From contig CAXIUT010000183.1 of the NCBI GenBank assembly GCA_964035545.1, positions 1,793,001 through 1,857,000 of the forward strand: a stretch of 64,000 bases of DNA, given 5' to 3'. Source of the DNA: Bugula neritina (lineage: Eukaryota; Animalia; Bryozoa). Every line of letters starts with the position of its first letter. The first letter of the stretch is position 1. The position numbers and the translations under genes were made by a program. The notes beneath the pieces are model-generated. The model saw only the letters and a list, made by a program, of their open reading frames with translations, was not told where the DNA came from and searched no databases. Shown here piece after piece: positions 59,345 through 64,000 of the stretch.

Positions 59345-61104
59345 CGGTGCTGTGAAAAAGTTTAAGAAGGCCTCATTGTTTTTCATAATAGCAAAATTCC
59401 AAGCTAATTTTAGGACATAACAAAAGTATTTCATAGGCATGATGCTTATCAAAATAATCCTTAAGACCTTCTCTTTTTATTTATATATATTATTAATGTC
59501 TCTTATCACTTCAATTCATAATGTCAGTAAAACAATGAGATACTGTACATATATGGGAATTATTCGATGTTCTCACAATCTGTGTGTACTGTAGGAAATC
59601 AAAATAGTTCACTTGAAATATAGAAAAATGTTATATTTAATTTGTTATACACATTTTAGCAGCATTGCAACACCCAGTGCTTTAAACTTAAGTATCAATG
59701 TTTTTTTGGCCAGTCTATATTCTCAATCACAAGTTAGCAGCGACGAGGCATCGTCTCGTACAGCCTCTCTAACTTGTTTTCAGTCACGACATGATGCCAT
59801 GCATGAATTACAGGCTCTATGAGTGTCACCTTAATTGTTTTCTTCTGTAAAAAGGCTATTTTAGCCATTCTTGACCATGAATTTTTTATTGGGTTTAAGT
59901 CCCGGCAATGTGCTGGCCAGTTAAGTGTCGAGACCCTCTGCCTTTTCATCCACTCTTCAAAAGTGTTTGCCCAATAGCATGGTGCATTGTCACCTTCAAA
60001 TAAGTTAATTTCATTTAAAAAGAGTTTTTTTAGGTTGGAAGAAGTTTAGCATTGAGATTCTCTATATACTTTTGGGCAGTAACATCATTCCAGAGCAAAT
60101 ACTGAGTCAACCTACACATTTCGATGCTATACAACTCCAGAACATAACACCAATAGGGCGCCTAATTTTTCGAAAAATACATTAGGGGTTATATTCCTCA
60201 TAATGGTATCTTTTAACAAAACAGTTTCCAGCATGATTGTTCACATTAAATGTGGATTCATCTGAAATAATATTTTTTTTAATCATTCACTATTTAACTA
60301 CCATGCTCCTTGGCCCACCGTAGCCGGTTTTTTGCTACTTCTCAGCTTCCTTCTTGCTTTGCAGCCACGTAGATCCTGGCTCAGCAATCTTCACTTTATC
60401 TGGGATGTCGAAGCTGCTGTTCCTGCTGTTTCTGAGCATTCTTTGCCAACTCAGAATTTGTTTTATGACGATCTTTTTTGCTGATCCTAATGAGAACAGC
60501 TTGTCATCTCACGGTGTGCTTTTTCTTGGTTGCCTAACTTGAGGTCGATCTGCTACACTGCCAGTCTCCATAAATTTCTTGATAATTTGATGTAGAGTTG
60601 TCTTTGCTTTGCCAAACTATTCAGATAGTTTCCCATCTAAATAACCTCCGTTATGCAAGAAAATTATTACAAACCTTGCTTTTGAAGTAAGATTTACAGC
60701 TCTCATTTTGTCTATGCGCAGCACCTAAGTGGACACCATGTAAAAGCTTATAACTAAATAACAGATTTCAAATTATAAAAGAAGGTCATACTTTATTATA
60801 TCATGATGCCATGCACGAAGTCAAATTTTACTGTTTAGCCTTTTGTGATTATCAGAAGCAATAAATTTTGGAAACATAAAAACATAAGAATTGCACTTTC
60901 CAAGCTGCTTGTGTAGCTAGCCCGAAACTGGGTAGAAGAAATTACAGCAGTGAGAATTTATAAATTGTAAATTTTAGTGCACATTCTAAGGGCCGTTTTG
61001 ATATATGGAATTTGCAAGAAAATATCAAGAGCTTCCAAGAAATGCCCATTAAACAAGATACATATAATTTTCTGCAAGCGTCCTTAAACTTTTTCACAAC
61101 AATG
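59345..61104 (-). mobile_element. Decayed Tc1/mariner (Tc1, DD34E) transposon, ~1760 bp
   Basis: TIRs CGGTGCTGTGAAAAAGTTTAAG and CTTAAACTTTTTCACAACAATG. Flanks are CA (left) and TA (right), consistent with a mutated TA TSD. Contains a transposase remnant. Confidence 0.9.
59695..60706 (-). pseudogene. Tc1 transposase pseudogene
   Basis: ATG at 60706. HTH-region IIKKFMETGSVADRP, then IISDESTFN (first D), FEGDNAPC (second D), WPAHCRDLNPIKN (degenerate WPxxSPDLNPIEN) and LYETMPRRC. Exactly 34 residues between the second D and the E position, which is now K. Internal stops and frameshifts. Confidence 0.9.
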
Positions 61105-61405
61105 TATTGTAAAAAGCTTTCTTACATTGTAATACATTGTAATAGACATTGTAACAAACTGAAACATACTGTATAAGTTTTTAGTACAATGTAATAGATT
61201 GTAAAAGACTGAAATATATTGTAACACTTTGTGATTAACTGAATAATATAATAAAAGACTCCAAGACACTATAAAATACTCAAGTATTCTGTAATAGACT
61301 GTAGTACAATGTTATAGAGTGTAGTATACTGTAATAATGTGTAATACATTGTAAAAACATGTCATATACAGCAATATACTGCCATACATTTTCATAAACT
61401 GTAAT

Positions 61406-62284
61406 CTCCACTATTGTTTTCTATCTACACTAATAGGATTACCTCAAGCCAGAGCAACATCACTGTAATTAAATATGCAGATGACACTTGCATTATTGGC
61501 TGCATTAGCAAACAGTCTGATCTAAATATTTACTTTGACAAGATTAAAAAAAATTCTAAGCGATGTGATGATTTAAATATAATATTATTAAACCCTAGCA
61601 AGACTCAAGAAGTGATGTTCTCAACCCAACTTGCTAAACCTCATACCCCTACTCTTGTATTGAATGGAACAAACATTGTATTGTCTAAAAAAGTGAGATA
61701 TCTTGGCGTGTTAGTGGATCAGAATTTGAGATTTCATGAACATGTACAATCAGTTGTTACAACAGTATCAAGAAGAATGTATATTGTGAAGAATTTTTGT
61801 ATCTTAGCTCTAAACCTCTAGCAAACATGTTATTCAAAAGTTTCATCATGTCCCGCATCGCCTATTGTCTACCTACTATTTTTACTTGTTTCTATGCCAG
61901 TGATAAAAAGGCTATTTGAAGGATTTTCAAAGATTGCTCAAAACTTGGGATTAAGTATCTAAACATTGATTTGCACATTCAGAAACTCACTAAAGAACTT
62001 GCCATCAAATATATAATAGACAATGACCTTTTCATCAATAACTTTCTGAGTCAATGCCCTTCTGGAAGATATTGAACTATCAAATATAGAGGGGCATGGG
62101 GCAGAGATAGCTTCTTGCGACATCTTGTAAATACTTTAAACGAGCTTTTATTTTAAATAGTCTGATAGAGTTTTGACTTTTTCTCTTAATTTTGTTCTTG
62201 CCTAGTTATGTTATAATCAGTATTTACACTGAATTTTGCAACGTGTTGTCATGTTTGTGATATGTAATAAATCAATCAATCAAT
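61406..62284 (+). mobile_element. 5'-truncated decayed LINE fragment (RT C-terminal half; CR1-group, possibly Rex1/Babar or L2-like)
   Basis: SPLLFSIYTN, IKYADDTCIIG, LNPSKTQEVMF, YLGVLVD. Frameshifts; likely stop at ~62156. Ends in AATAAA plus a (TCAA)3 tail. Satellite rejoins as AACTGTAAT-ACATTGTAAT. Confidence 0.88.
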
Positions 62285-64000
62285 ACATTGTAATAGACTG
62301 AAATATACTGTGATATATTTCAATATACTGAAACGTAAGGTAATATAAGTTTTAATACAATATATTACATTGTATTAACCTAAGAAATACTGTGCTACAT
62401 TGTATCATAATGAAACATGCTATAAAATATTATATCACACTGCAACGTACTGAAGCACACTATAATATTCTCTAGTACAATGCTATATGCTGTAATATGC
62501 TGTAATACACTGTAATTTACTTTCAAAAACTGTGATACACTGCAATATACTGCAACACAATCTCTGAAACTGTATTGCAATTGAACATACAGAAACATAC
62601 TATAATAACTTTAAAAAAACTGTAATACATTGTAATAAACTTTATTATTTTCTAATACACTGCAATACAATATAATGGGCTGAACTAAAGCGTAATACAG
62701 TGCGGTATGCTGAAACATACAGCAATAAGTTGTAATACACAGCAACACGTTGTAATAGAATTAAATATACTGTATTATAATGTAATAAACTGAAACATAC
62801 TATAGAGCAATATAAAACACTGTAAAGTACATAAACACATTATTATTATAAACTGTAGTACAACTTTATACCATGTAATATGCTGCAATACACATGTGAT
62901 ACATTGTCAAAAATTGTGATAACACTGTTAAATGCTACAACACACTTTCAAAAGCTGTAATACATTTTAATAGACAGAAAAAATTGGTAATAATCGTAAT
63001 ACGCTGTAATGCATTGTAATAGACGGAACTACACTGTAATACTGTGTGATATACAGAAACCTTCTTCAATAATTTGTAATACATTTTAATACATTGTTAT
63101 GCACTGAAACATACTGTAATACATTTTGAATACTGAAACATACTGTAAAAAGTTTTAGTACACCGTAATACCATGTAATAGACATCGTAACCTAAAGAAA
63201 CATGCGGTAATAAGGTTAAGTACAATGTAATACATTGTAAAAGACTGAAACTATTGTAATACATTGTAATATACTGAATCATACTATAAAAGATTGTAAG
63301 ACTTTGTACAATACTTAAATATACTGTAATAGACTGTAGTACAATGCTATACAGTGTAATATACTACTGTATAATGAAGTGTTATACAATGTAAATACAT
63401 ATTATATACAGCAACATACTGCAATACACTTTCATGAACTGCAACACATTGTAATAGACTGAAATACACTGTAATACATTTTAATATACTGAAACATACA
63501 GTAAGGAAATCTATTAGACTGCATGACTTTGTAACAGACTTTAATATTTTGTAATATACTGCAATACATGGTAATAGACTGAAATATGCTGTATTATATT
63601 GTTTTATATTGAAACATACTGTAAAACATAATAACATCCTGTACAGTACTGAAACACGCTATAATAATATATTGTAGTACAATGTTATATTTTGTAGCAT
63701 GCTGTAATAAACTGTGATACATTGTAAAAAACTGTGGTACACTGTAATATACTGCAATACACTCTCTAGAACTGTAATTCATTGTAATAGAAAGACATCT
63801 ACTGTAAAACATATAGAGCACTCTAACACATTGCAATACACTGAAATATGCTGTAATACATATATCGCATTGTAATAAATTGTAATAGACTAAAATAATT
63901 TGTAATACACTGAAATGCATTGTAGCAGACTGAAACACAGTGCCATAAAGTGTAACATACTGAAACGTACTATAATACACCGTGATAGAGTGAAATATGT

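Larger units (their letters stand above)
57891..64000 (+). repeat. Highly diverged satellite 1 relative (TACACTGTAA, TACATTGTAA, TAGACTGAAA words), interrupted by Tc1 and a LINE fragment
   Basis: Present at 57891-59344, 61105-61405 and 62285-64000. 10-bp periodicity still visible but with many substitutions and indels. Confidence 0.85.

Overview
AT-rich eukaryotic (most likely invertebrate animal) heterochromatin with no host genes. About 75% is one satellite built from a 10-bp word (YAYAYTGHAA, mostly the 20-bp dimer CATACTGAAA-TATACTGCAA). It is organised as nested higher-order repeats: 10 bp, 20 bp, ~210-250 bp, then 4626-bp and 5354/5357-bp near-identical units in 1-28.9 kb and 1000/1803/~1809-bp units in 28.9-40.2 kb. 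The satellite is homogeneous and transposon-free on the left and increasingly diverged and transposon-invaded on the right, like the edge of a layered centromeric or pericentromeric array (inference). At ~42.65 kb it flips strand and runs into a second satellite with 129-bp units. Insertions in the right 24 kb: a young 5'-truncated CR1/L2-group LINE with an uninterrupted EN-RT ORF2; two copies of a 750-bp CACAG-ended non-autonomous DNA transposon with 2-bp TSDs; a 6.8-kb CACAG-ended element containing a decayed Academ-like transposon, which itself carries an RTE fragment, a 408-bp MITE and (TA)n; a dead Tc1; and a short 3' LINE fragment. The hundreds of minus-strand 'MLQYISVCCSIFQ' ORFs are translation artefacts of the satellite. 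I found no convincing novel protein-coding system. The strongest candidate for something undescribed is the multi-scale, phase-locked 10-bp satellite architecture. All periods and coordinates were read by eye and from ORF-track offsets; no alignment or database search was run.
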